Assembly (NCBI GenBank): GCA_017960985.1
Contig: JAGCYD010000076.1
Coordinates: forward strand, 33,410-97,409
Source of the DNA: Bacteroidaceae bacterium
Lineage (GTDB): Bacteria > Bacteroidota > Bacteroidia > Bacteroidales > Bacteroidaceae
DNA length: 64,000 bases
Direction of reading: 5' to 3'
This document shows positions 49,740 to 58,552 of the stretch, in pieces. Below the pieces are notes generated by a model, which was not told where the DNA came from, did not search any database, and saw only the letters and a list, made by a program, of their open reading frames with translations. Numbering within the stretch: position 1 is the stretch's first letter; the number at the start of each line of letters is the position of its first letter. The position numbers and the translations under genes are program-made.

Positions 49740-50385
49740 AGTCGAAACTGCGATTCAATATTTCGTTGAAGGTATGTGTACGGCGTAAGTCGGCCAGTGC
49801 CTTATCCAGAAAGTCCTTGGAAAGCACATCGCGTTTGGTCACCGTCTTATAGATTTCGTAACTCTTCAAACGGTAATAGCGACTATACTCATCCTCTTCA
49901 TTAAAGCCACGGGGCATTTTCTTCAGGGCAGCATCCCACGGCAGTTCAAAGTCCTTACATTGCTGCAGAGCCTCATCAAACTGCTTTCCATTGAGCATGA
50001 TTTCCTCCCGAATACTGGCTTGTACCTCTTTCGTGGGATTGTAAAGTCCAGCGCAAATGAAAAAGGTATCTGTCACGGGTTCCAGATGAATGTAATATCC
50101 GGCCATACCCGACTTTTTCCCTTTCGGACATACATACACGCCCATGTGCCACTTGTAAGGGCGTTTGTCGTTGCTAAACCGTACATCACGATAGATGCGA
50201 TAGGTAATATCCTTGAGGCTGAGGTTCTTCACACGCGGATCGAAATCTTCCACGCCACGCAAGAAACGCAGTGAAAACTCCTCAAACTTAGCCTTTGCCT
50301 CCAAGTATTCTGCCTTGTGGGCATCGAACCACACCTTGTTGTTGTTCTCCCCTAAACGGGTCAGGAAATCAAGAATCTGCTTCAT
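49723..50385 (-). CDS. DUF2461 / TIGR02453 family protein
   Basis: MKQILDFLTRLGENNNKVWFDAHKAEY..YRDVRFSNDKRPYK. Start set at the ATG at 50385. The ORF-track extension to 50511 runs through the divergent promoter region. Confidence 0.75.
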   Translation of the reverse strand: MKQILDFLTRLGENNNKVWFDAHKAEYLEAKAKFEEFSLRFLRGVEDFDPRVKNLSLKDITYRIYRDVRFSNDKRPYKWHMGVYVCPKGKKSGMAGYYIHLEPVTDTFFICAGLYNPTKEVQASIREEIMLNGKQFDEALQQCKDFELPWDAALKKMPRGFNEEDEYSRYYRLKSYEIYKTVTKRDVLSKDFLDKALADLRRTHTFNEILNRSFDFAYEN

Positions 50386-50437
50386 ATCTCTGTGCCTTAT
50401 GGTATTTGAGTATAGTGCAAAATTAGGAAAATATTCG

Positions 50438-50445
50438 TACCTTTG
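50438..50445 (+). promoter_or_regulatory. -7 box for the pseudouridine synthase gene (near-leaderless)
   Basis: TAccTTTG ends 8 nt before the ATG at 50454. Confidence 0.4.
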
Positions 50446-50453
50446 CAAGCAAA

Positions 50454-51782
50454 ATGCAGGACAATAAAATTCATCCACTACCCATAAAGGTTTCGGAAGC
50501 CTTACGCCCACAGCAATTTACCTATCCTTTTTGCTACGAGGCTCACCCTCTATGCCGTATGGCAGCCGAAGAGGTAAGGCGTGAGATTGCATGCCATACC
50601 GATTGGCAGAACGAAATCGACGAGGGAAAGATGTTGGGCGTACTTGTCGTTGAGGATGGTTTCCTCGCTGCATTTTCTGGTACACTATGTGGTAAAAGCA
50701 CCCTGCCCTATTTTGTTCCGCCCGTATTCGACCTCCACGGTACCTATTTCGAGGAAGAGGAAACCCGAATCTCCGCCCTCCCTATGGGCGAGGAGAGGAA
50801 AGCACGCAGTCAAGCACTACAGCAATGGCTGTTCGAACAGTTTCATTTCCTCAATGCCAAGGGTAAGAAGGCCTCACTCTTAGATATTTTCGGCGAGAAA
50901 ATACCACCATCTGGGGCAGGCGAATGCTGTGCACCGAAACTATTGCAATACGCCTATCAGCATAACCTAAAGCCTCTGTGCATGGGTGAGTTTTGGATGG
51001 GAAAGTCACCCAAAGGAGAAATCCGTGAGGCGGGAAACTTCTATGCGGCATGCCAACACAAGTGCAAGCCGATACTCTCCTGGATGCTTCAAGGACTGGA
51101 TGTGGAAGAAAATCCCATGTTGAGAGACTATCAGGCCCTGGTACAAAAACTTCATGTGCTTTACGAAGATACAGACATCGTCGTTATTGACAAGCCTGCA
51201 GGACTATTGGCTGTACCGGGCAAAGACGACCTTCCTTCCGTTCAATCCATCATCCGCCTTCGTTATCCCCACTCCGAAGGACCGCTTATCGTCCATCGTC
51301 TCGACATGGACACCTCGGGACTGATGGTATTGGCCTTGAACGAGAAAGCCTATCACCACCTGCAAGAACAGTTTATCCATCATACCGTCAAAAAGCGTTA
51401 CTCCGCCCTACTTGAGCATCCATTAGATGCAGGGATAAAGGGACGGATAGACTTACCCCTTTGTCCGAATCCCTACGACCGTCCTCGACAGATGGTTCAC
51501 GAAGAATATGGGCGCAGGGCTATTACGAACTACGAGGTGGTGAGCAACCGTGATCAACACGCCCTGATTCACCTTTGGCCCGAAACTGGACGCACACACC
51601 AACTCCGTGTCCACATGGCTCACCCGCAGGGTTTGAATAATCCCATCGTGGGCGACCGCCTTTACGGACACGCCGCCCAACGCTTGATGCTTTTTGCCGA
51701 CGAACTTTCCTTCACACATCCTGCCACAGGCGAGACCCTTCACTTTCAGATACCGATAACTCAAGATACATTCTTATGTTAA
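50454..51782 (+). CDS. RluA-family pseudouridine synthase with an N-terminal extension of about 230 aa
   Basis: VIDKPAGLLAVPG and the catalytic motif HRLDMDTSGLMVLA. Confidence 0.8.
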   Translation: MQDNKIHPLPIKVSEALRPQQFTYPFCYEAHPLCRMAAEEVRREIACHTDWQNEIDEGKMLGVLVVEDGFLAAFSGTLCGKSTLPYFVPPVFDLHGTYFEEEETRISALPMGEERKARSQALQQWLFEQFHFLNAKGKKASLLDIFGEKIPPSGAGECCAPKLLQYAYQHNLKPLCMGEFWMGKSPKGEIREAGNFYAACQHKCKPILSWMLQGLDVEENPMLRDYQALVQKLHVLYEDTDIVVIDKPAGLLAVPGKDDLPSVQSIIRLRYPHSEGPLIVHRLDMDTSGLMVLALNEKAYHHLQEQFIHHTVKKRYSALLEHPLDAGIKGRIDLPLCPNPYDRPRQMVHEEYGRRAITNYEVVSNRDQHALIHLWPETGRTHQLRVHMAHPQGLNNPIVGDRLYGHAAQRLMLFADELSFTHPATGETLHFQIPITQDTFLC

Positions 51783-52777
51783 AAATGCTACAATTCATCA
51801 GCCGCTGGCTGGCCAACAACACCTCGCTATTCATCATCGGCATTGCCGTGCTCACCTTCTTTGTTCCCGAACTATTCACATGGGTACGCGGCAACACACA
51901 AACCGTTATTCTCGGATTGATAATGCTCACGATGGGACTAACCCTGACGACCGACGACTTTCTGATTATGGCACGCCGTCCGTTGGACATCTTCATCGGC
52001 ACCTGCGCTCAGTTTTTCATCATGCCCTGTGTAGCCTACCTGTTAGTTCGCGTATTCCATCTCGAACCTGCCTTGGCACTGGGCATTTTGCTTGTGGGAT
52101 GTTGTCCGGGTGGAGTTTCGAGCAACATCATGTCCTACCTTTGCAATGGGGATGTGGCCTTTTCCATCGGTATGACTTGTGCCTCCACACTATTGGCACC
52201 CGTCATGACACCCCTGCTTATACAACTAACAGCCGGTGAAATCATCGAAATCGACGCTATCGGCATGTTCCAGAATATACTTATCGTGACCGTCATTCCC
52301 GTCGGTGTGGGATGTCTGCTAAACTACCTCTATTCCCGTCGCGAGATATTCCCCAAACTCCAATCACTCATGCCTGGCACGAGTGTGCTCTGTCTGGCAT
52401 GTATAGTCGGAGGTGTCATTTCGGCCATCCACGACGACCTAATAGCCCGTGGATTCATTCTTTTCCTCTGGACCTTTGCCGTTGTGTTCTGTCACAATGC
52501 TACGGGTTACCTGTTGGGATGGGCAGCAGGACGCGCCGCAGGGTTTTCCAAAGCCAAGAAACGCACCATCTCCATCGAGGTAGGTATGCAGAACGCAGGT
52601 CTTGCCACCGTGCTTGCAGCCCATTTCTTCGCGACTCAGCCCCTGTCCGTACTGCCCTGTGCCATATCTTGTGCATGGCATAGCATCAGCGGTACAATAC
52701 TTGCTGGATATTTTCATCGTAAAGACCTCAAGGAACAAAAAATATCGGCAAATCATCGCGTATGTGCCCATAAATGA
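51776..52777 (+). CDS. Bile acid:sodium symporter (BASS) family transporter
   Basis: Polytopic, with the CCPGGVSSN signature. The start could instead be the ATG at 51785. Confidence 0.8.
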   Translation: MLKMLQFISRWLANNTSLFIIGIAVLTFFVPELFTWVRGNTQTVILGLIMLTMGLTLTTDDFLIMARRPLDIFIGTCAQFFIMPCVAYLLVRVFHLEPALALGILLVGCCPGGVSSNIMSYLCNGDVAFSIGMTCASTLLAPVMTPLLIQLTAGEIIEIDAIGMFQNILIVTVIPVGVGCLLNYLYSRREIFPKLQSLMPGTSVLCLACIVGGVISAIHDDLIARGFILFLWTFAVVFCHNATGYLLGWAAGRAAGFSKAKKRTISIEVGMQNAGLATVLAAHFFATQPLSVLPCAISCAWHSISGTILAGYFHRKDLKEQKISANHRVCAHK

Positions 52778-52778
52778 T

Positions 52779-52786
52779 TATCTTTG
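52779..52786 (+). promoter_or_regulatory. -7 box for queD-queE
   Basis: TAtcTTTG. The TTG start on the ORF track (52784) lies inside this box, which argues for the downstream GTG start. Confidence 0.45.
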
Positions 52787-52807
52787 CGGCGAAATAAAGC
52801 TCAAGCG

Positions 52808-53143
52808 GTGTACTACATCAAGAAAACATTCGAAGTCTCGGCCAGCCATCAGCTCCATCTCACCTACGAAAGTAAGTGTCAGCAACTGCATGGGCACAAC
52901 TGGATTATTACCATTCACTGCAAGTCGCGTGAACTGGACGAGAATGGTATGGTAGTTGATTTCACCCACATCAAGCGGCTCATCCGCGACCGTCTCGACC
53001 ACAGCAACCTCAACGAGATACTGCCCTTCAACCCTACGGCAGAGAATATGGCTCGTTGGATTTGCGACCAGATACCACAGGCCTATCGTGTGGATGTCGT
53101 GGAGAGTCAGAACAATCAAGCCTCCTACGAGATTGAGGATTAA
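52808..53143 (+). CDS. queD: 6-carboxy-5,6,7,8-tetrahydropterin synthase QueD
   Basis: YYIKKTFEVSASH and CQQLHGHNW (Zn/catalytic motif). Start placed at the GTG at 52808, after the promoter box. Confidence 0.8.
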   Translation: MYYIKKTFEVSASHQLHLTYESKCQQLHGHNWIITIHCKSRELDENGMVVDFTHIKRLIRDRLDHSNLNEILPFNPTAENMARWICDQIPQAYRVDVVESQNNQASYEIED

Positions 53144-53702
53144 CGAAATCTTTTGTTCCATTCAGGGCGAAGGGCACTTCACAGGAACGCCTGCCGTATT
53201 CATTCGTACTAGCGGATGTAATCTTCATTGCAGTTTCTGTGACACCCACCACGAAGAGGGATGGGAAATGTCCGTTAGCGAAATTGTGATTGCAGCTGCA
53301 TCCTATAAGCCTCGCCATGTTGTCATCACAGGGGGTGAACCCGCTTTGCAAAAGGAACTATCCACCCTCGTTGATGCCCTACACGAGGTGGGCTTCTTTG
53401 TACAAATCGAGACAAACGGGACTTGTAATATCCCTTCCTCCATTGACTGGGTGACCTGTTCACCAAAGATTCTTGGCAAGACGGTTATTCGCTCTCCCCA
53501 TGAATTAAAGGTCATCTATACGGGAGAGGACTTGACGCCTTGGGAAAAGGAATTCTTACCAAAGGTATGGAGCCTGCAACCTTGTGATACGGGGGACGCA
53601 GAGAAAAACGCACAACTAACGGCTGAGGCCGTCCGCTATTGCATCGACCATCCTCAGTGGCATCTCAGTCTACAGACTCACAAATTTATCGGAGTACGAT
53701 AA
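53133..53702 (+). CDS. queE: 7-carboxy-7-deazaguanine synthase QueE (radical SAM)
   Basis: INEIFCSIQGEGHFTGTPAVFIRTSGCNLHCSFCDT. Start placed at the TTG at 53133, overlapping the queD end. The ORF-track extension back to 52956 lies inside queD. Confidence 0.8.
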   Translation: MRINEIFCSIQGEGHFTGTPAVFIRTSGCNLHCSFCDTHHEEGWEMSVSEIVIAAASYKPRHVVITGGEPALQKELSTLVDALHEVGFFVQIETNGTCNIPSSIDWVTCSPKILGKTVIRSPHELKVIYTGEDLTPWEKEFLPKVWSLQPCDTGDAEKNAQLTAEAVRYCIDHPQWHLSLQTHKFIGVR

Positions 53703-54163
53703 ACTAAATTCCTTTTTCCCTTTTGTTTTTGTTCCCTATTGGTAAAGATTGCTTTATCATTCATCAAGAAGTTAATTATTCCCGAGAAGCATAAGGCTGT
53801 AATATTGCAAAGAAGCACATTCCAATGAAATAACCATTCGAGCGTAAGCAGAATCGCCATTTTTACAAGGAACGCGCCTATGCAAGATAGATTGTACCAA
53901 GGGAAATGAGCGAAAAAAGAACGAGTTGAAGGTATTTCTATACGGTCGCGCCACACTACAAAATAAGCTAAAGTGAAATTGGTCAAAACTGCGCACTCGA
54001 ATGATAAGCAAGGTGCCAACAGATAATTCATCGAATAAGTTGAAGACAAAAAGACAGACGAGCACAGCCACAGCACAAACATATCTACCGCCGTACCAGC
54101 TAATGTTGATACGGCGAATTTAAAATAGCGTAGTAAGATTAACCGAAGTCCAGATTTACTCAT
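53678..54163 (-). CDS. GtrA-family membrane protein
   Basis: 161 aa with 4 TM helices. N-terminus LLRYFKFAVSTLAGTAVDMFVLWL is typical of GtrA-like proteins. Its 3' end overlaps the queE 3' end by 25 nt (convergent genes). Confidence 0.65.
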   Translation of the reverse strand: MSKSGLRLILLRYFKFAVSTLAGTAVDMFVLWLCSSVFLSSTYSMNYLLAPCLSFECAVLTNFTLAYFVVWRDRIEIPSTRSFFAHFPWYNLSCIGAFLVKMAILLTLEWLFHWNVLLCNITALCFSGIINFLMNDKAIFTNREQKQKGKRNLVYRTPINL

Positions 54164-54866
54164 TCACATGCTTCTTAAGAGGATCGCGCTTGGCAAACCA
54201 CGCAGCATCTTTGGCAAAACTTATCAGATACATAGCCATAAGTATCAACCAAATACATAGGCCTATAATATCAAACGCGCCATAAGTAATAGACTCTCCC
54301 CATAATGCGAGACTACCGCTATAGTTCACAAGAGCAGGAATGTACATAAAGAGCAAACAAACGATGACAATGACCAAACGAATCTCTGTAGGCCCCATCT
54401 TACCATAGGTTAGTTTGAATTCATTTTTCAAGTGAGCATTAATGCTTACATAAACGGTTAACGACAAATAAGCCACATAGGACAACAGAGCTATGCTCAA
54501 GTGCAGCAACGGCGACAAGCCCAGTCCTACAAAGACAAAGAATTCACATATAATATCTACATTATGGTCGAGATAATAACCATATAGTGGCCGCTGTTGA
54601 TTGCGTACACGAGCGATTGTGCCGTCTAACGAATCACCATACCAATTGATGAACAAGCCAACAATTGAGAGCCACAACCAATAAATACTCAAATGCGTCA
54701 GCACAAAGCCAATTCCACAGAGCATGGCGCCAAATACTCCCAGCCAAGTCATCATATCGCTACTTACCCACAAAGGTAAGCGATCTGCCATCCACAACAG
54801 AAATTTCTTCTCTGCCCCATTCAGTATGGATTGCTGGATTCTCACGGATTGCTTGGGTTCTTCCAT
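54156..54866 (-). CDS. CDP-alcohol phosphatidyltransferase family protein
   Basis: Signature GDSLDGTIARV..G...D...D within a polytopic 236-aa protein. An 8-nt overlap couples it to the GtrA gene. Confidence 0.8.
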   Translation of the reverse strand: MEEPKQSVRIQQSILNGAEKKFLLWMADRLPLWVSSDMMTWLGVFGAMLCGIGFVLTHLSIYWLWLSIVGLFINWYGDSLDGTIARVRNQQRPLYGYYLDHNVDIICEFFVFVGLGLSPLLHLSIALLSYVAYLSLTVYVSINAHLKNEFKLTYGKMGPTEIRLVIVIVCLLFMYIPALVNYSGSLALWGESITYGAFDIIGLCIWLILMAMYLISFAKDAAWFAKRDPLKKHVNE

Positions 54867-54884
54867 ATATAATGTATAGATTCT

Positions 54885-54932
54885 GTAAAATAAAACAAGT
54901 CCTCCTCCATGACGATATCATGGAAGAGGACT
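54885..54932 (-). terminator. Terminator after the PepSY-like gene
   Basis: 15-bp stem AGTCCTCCTCCATGA (54898-54912) / TCATGGAAGAGGACT (54918-54932) with one mismatch. On the minus strand it is followed by TGTTTTATTTT. Confidence 0.6.
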
Positions 54933-54948
54933 CTACGCTATCCTTTAA

Positions 54949-55398
54949 TTAGGGAGTTACAAGTTCTCCTGATTCCGTAAAGTTCAAATATAGGTCGGAT
55001 TCGTTTTCGCGGTCAACTTCAACCACATAGGTATTCTCTGTGAGTGTTTCAACAAAGTCGGAATCTTCTATCTGCCCCGTTGGATAAGTAGTAGATATAT
55101 AGTCACGAATTGCTTGTGGCAACTCACTCGTAGCAATTTCCGTTATAGTCTTTACCCATGTACCATTCTGCTCAAACCAAGCATCTTTTTCATGGGCATC
55201 ATAAAGAAACTCAGCTTTCAGCAAACCTCCAGCCACCTTTTCCCACTCTGCGACTGCACCAGGATACATATCCTGAAATGCTGTCATTACCGCCTCCGGG
55301 ACATCCGTTGGCTTTATGTCATCGTCATCGCCACAAGCCACATTAAACATAGCTACTACGCCTAACAAGGCACACAGGAAAATGTTCTTCTTTTTCAT
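54949..55398 (-). CDS. PepSY-like (BLIP-like) lipoprotein
   Basis: Lipobox MFNVACGDDDD. Two PepSY-like half-domains (VMTAFQDMYPGA.., IRDYISTTYPTG..). Confidence 0.6.
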   Translation of the reverse strand: MKKKNIFLCALLGVVAMFNVACGDDDDIKPTDVPEAVMTAFQDMYPGAVAEWEKVAGGLLKAEFLYDAHEKDAWFEQNGTWVKTITEIATSELPQAIRDYISTTYPTGQIEDSDFVETLTENTYVVEVDRENESDLYLNFTESGELVTP

Positions 55399-55533
55399 TT
55401 GTTTCTATTTTTAGGTTAATACTTAAAATAGAACACTCTTGTTTTTTGTTGCAAAATTAGATCTATCCGCAGATGCTACCAAAATATTTCTGTTAATTAT
55501 TTATAATCCATTGCCGGTACAATATATATTGTA

Positions 55534-55541
55534 TATATTTG
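55534..55541 (+). promoter_or_regulatory. -7 box for the alpha/beta hydrolase gene
   Basis: TAtaTTTG lies 30 nt upstream of the ATG at 55571 and directly abuts a perfect 16-bp palindrome (55518-55533). Confidence 0.4.
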
Positions 55542-55570
55542 CCGCAGAATCATCATCCAACAACACAATC

Positions 55571-56380
55571 ATGAAACTACTGACATGCCTACTTGGCTTT
55601 GTACTCTTTGGGTATCAAGTACAAGCTATGACCACAGACACACTCTGGTGCGAACGCGAAGGGAAGAAGATTTTCGGCATTCTGCATCGGCCTGCTAAGA
55701 CTGAGGGGAAACTACCCCTGGTGATTATTTCTCATGGATTCGGAGGCACACACGAATGGGGCGTACCCTATGCCGAGGCCTTGACCCAACAAGGATTCCT
55801 TGTATATTGTTTCGACTTCTGCGGAGGCGGGAACTACAGCCAAAGCGACGGAACGACCGATGAAATGTCCATTATCACGGAGCGCGACGATTTGAAAGCT
55901 GTTCTGCAACGCCTGCACTCGTTACCAGAGGTGGACTGCCAGCACATCACATTGATGGGCGAAAGTCAAGGCGGAATCGTAACTGCTCTTGCGGCGGCTG
56001 AGGTAGAAGCAGATATTCACGACATCATCCTCTTCTACCCTGCATTCTCCATACCCGTCGATACACACCGCCGCTATCCCACTCGTGCCGATATCCCCGA
56101 CGGTGGTGAGATATGGGGCGTGAAGTTAGGACGAATCTATGCCGAGGACATCTACGACCTCGACCCCTATGCCACCATTGCACTGTTTCAGAAACCCGTA
56201 CTTATCCTACACGGCGACAGCGACCGCATTGTTCCCATTGCCTACGGAGAACGCGCCGCACGAACATACAAGAATGTGGAGTACCATGTACTCAACGGTG
56301 TTGATCATGGTTTCTATGGATTGCCCCAATGGCTAGCCATACAACTGGTACAGGAATTTTTAGTTCATCAAATACATTAA
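55571..56380 (+). CDS. Secreted alpha/beta hydrolase
   Basis: Signal peptide MKLLTCLLGFVLFGYQVQA. Nucleophile elbow GESQGG. HGDSD and DHGF blocks. Start at the ATG at 55571; the ORF track began at a TTG at 55439. Confidence 0.8.
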   Translation: MKLLTCLLGFVLFGYQVQAMTTDTLWCEREGKKIFGILHRPAKTEGKLPLVIISHGFGGTHEWGVPYAEALTQQGFLVYCFDFCGGGNYSQSDGTTDEMSIITERDDLKAVLQRLHSLPEVDCQHITLMGESQGGIVTALAAAEVEADIHDIILFYPAFSIPVDTHRRYPTRADIPDGGEIWGVKLGRIYAEDIYDLDPYATIALFQKPVLILHGDSDRIVPIAYGERAARTYKNVEYHVLNGVDHGFYGLPQWLAIQLVQEFLVHQIH

Positions 56381-56399
56381 CCTAACAATTAGTTTTACT

Positions 56400-57116
56400 A
56401 TGGAAGTAAAGAAAGAAAACAGACTGCTATTGGCAGCGCTCATTATTGCCGTTGGCTTGTGGCTGATGGGCGACGGTATTGGCAATGGTATTGTCAAGTA
56501 CAAGAAGATGGACCGCAAGGTGACCGTAAAGGGACTTTCGGAGCGTGAAGTTCCTGCTAACAAGGTAACATGGCCACTCATCTACAAGGAACTAGGCAAC
56601 GATCCATCGGCCATGTTCGAACTCATCGAGCAGAAGAACCAGAAAGTTGTCAGTTTCCTGAAGGCTGCAGGACTGACGGAAGACGAAATCAGCGTCAATC
56701 CGCCTACCATTCGCGATCGTCAGGCAGACAACTATGGCAACGAAATTATGAACTACCGCTACAAGGCTGAGTGCGTAATTACCGTTACCTCTACGGAAGT
56801 CGATAAGATACGCCAACTGATGAAGCGCCAGTCAGAACTGATGAAGCAAGGCATTGCCCTAGTCAGCGAGGAATATGGCGACAACAGTATCCGCTACGAG
56901 TTCACGGGACTGACAAGCATCAAGCCCGAAATGGTTGAAGAGGCCATGAAGAATGCCGCAGCCACAGCCGAACAGTTTGCCCACGATGCCGATGCGAAGT
57001 TGGGCGGTGTCATCACGGCACAGCAGGGGCAGTTCAGCATCGAGGACCGCGATGCCAACACGCCTTACATTAAGCGTGTCCGTGTGGTAAATACCGTAGA
57101 GTACGCAATCAAGTAA
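56400..57116 (+). CDS. SIMPL (DUF541) domain protein
   Basis: N-terminal TM/signal anchor, then VTVKGLSEREVPANKVTW.. with a SIMPL-like layout. Confidence 0.55.
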   Translation: MEVKKENRLLLAALIIAVGLWLMGDGIGNGIVKYKKMDRKVTVKGLSEREVPANKVTWPLIYKELGNDPSAMFELIEQKNQKVVSFLKAAGLTEDEISVNPPTIRDRQADNYGNEIMNYRYKAECVITVTSTEVDKIRQLMKRQSELMKQGIALVSEEYGDNSIRYEFTGLTSIKPEMVEEAMKNAAATAEQFAHDADAKLGGVITAQQGQFSIEDRDANTPYIKRVRVVNTVEYAIK

Positions 57117-57140
57117 ACACTAAGAAACGACACAAACAAA

Positions 57141-57174
57141 ACAGGGGAGGCATAACACCTCCCCTGTTCTTTTT
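57141..57174. terminator. Bidirectional terminator between the SIMPL gene and the TrpB2-type gene
   Basis: ACAGGGGAGG (57141-57150) pairs with CCTCCCCTGT (57158-57167), followed by TCTTTTT. An A-rich tract lies on the other side. Confidence 0.75.
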
Positions 57175-57189
57175 ATGCAATATCGGGAA

Positions 57190-58542
57190 TTATACGCCAA
57201 TCTTGTTCTTGGCAATATCCTCGTCGGTCACCTGATAGTTCTGCAGGTCGCCGTTGATGTACTGGTCGTAAGCCGTCATGTCGATAAGGCCATGACCCGA
57301 CAAGTTGAAGAGGATAACCTTCTCCTCGCCCGTCTCCTTGCACTTCAGCGCCTCGCGGATGGTGGCAGCAATGGCGTGTGAAGATTCGGGAGCAGGAATG
57401 ATGCCCTCGGTACGGGCAAAGAGCACACCAGCCTCGAAGGTCTCCAACTGTGGAATATCCACACCGTGCATCAAACCGTCCTTGATAAGCTGACTGACAA
57501 TCATGCCTGCGCCGTGATAACGCAATCCACCGGCATGGATATTGGCAGGCTTGAAGTCATGGCCCAAGGTGTACATCGGCAGCAGCGGTGTATAGCCAGC
57601 CTCATCACCGAAGTCGTACTCAAACTTTCCGCGTGTCAGTTTCGGACAACTCTCGGGCTCAGCAGCGATAAATTCCGTTTTCTTGCCGTCGAGGATGTTG
57701 TGACGCATGAAGGGGAAAGCAATACCACCGAAGTTCGAACCACCACCGAAGCAGGCAATTACCGTATCGGGATATTCCCCAGCCTTTGCCATCTGCTTCT
57801 CGGCCTCCAAACCGATAATGGTCTGATGCAAAGCCACATGGTTGAGCACGGAACCCAGTGTATATTTACAGTTTGGTGTTGTTGTTGCCAACTCTACCGC
57901 CTCGCTGATAGCCGTTCCCAACGAACCCATGTGCTGAGGATTCTTCGTAATGATATCCTTTCCTGCACGGGTACTCATTGAAGGGCTACCCTCGACGGTA
58001 GCACCGAAAGTACGCATGATGCTCGAGCGATAAGGCTTCTGCTGCATGGAAATCTTCACCTGATACACAGCAGCCTCAAGTCCGAACACACTTGCTGCAT
58101 ACGACAGAGCTGCGCCCCACTGTCCGGCACCCGTTTCGGTCGTGACATTTGTCGTACCCTCCTGCTTGGCGTAGTAGCACTGTGGTAGGGCACTATTGAT
58201 TTTGTGAGAACCCAACGGATTCGTTGATTCGTTCTTGAAATAGATATGTGCAGGCGTACCCAAAGCCTTCTCCAGTGCGTAAGCACGCACCAGCGGAGTG
58301 CTACGATAGTACTTATACTTCTCCAACACCTCATCGGGGATATCGATGAAACGGTCGGTGGTATTCAATTCCTGCTTACAGCACTCTGTCGGGAATATAT
58401 GTGCCAAGTCCTCCCAACCCAGCGGCTGACGCGTACCCGGATGCAATGGGGGCAGCGGTTTGTTGGGCATATCTGCCAAGATATTGTACCACTGTGTTGG
58501 AATCTCGTTCTCTTCGAGGATGAATTTCTTTTGTTTGCTCAT
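57190..58542 (-). CDS. TrpB-like PLP-dependent enzyme (tryptophan synthase beta, type 2)
   Basis: 450 aa. PLP-lysine context PLGSHKINSAL and GGGSNFGG. The long N-terminus is typical of TrpB2. No trpA is adjacent. Confidence 0.85.
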   Translation of the reverse strand: MSKQKKFILEENEIPTQWYNILADMPNKPLPPLHPGTRQPLGWEDLAHIFPTECCKQELNTTDRFIDIPDEVLEKYKYYRSTPLVRAYALEKALGTPAHIYFKNESTNPLGSHKINSALPQCYYAKQEGTTNVTTETGAGQWGAALSYAASVFGLEAAVYQVKISMQQKPYRSSIMRTFGATVEGSPSMSTRAGKDIITKNPQHMGSLGTAISEAVELATTTPNCKYTLGSVLNHVALHQTIIGLEAEKQMAKAGEYPDTVIACFGGGSNFGGIAFPFMRHNILDGKKTEFIAAEPESCPKLTRGKFEYDFGDEAGYTPLLPMYTLGHDFKPANIHAGGLRYHGAGMIVSQLIKDGLMHGVDIPQLETFEAGVLFARTEGIIPAPESSHAIAATIREALKCKETGEEKVILFNLSGHGLIDMTAYDQYINGDLQNYQVTDEDIAKNKIGV

Positions 58543-58552
58543 TGGTTTGTAG

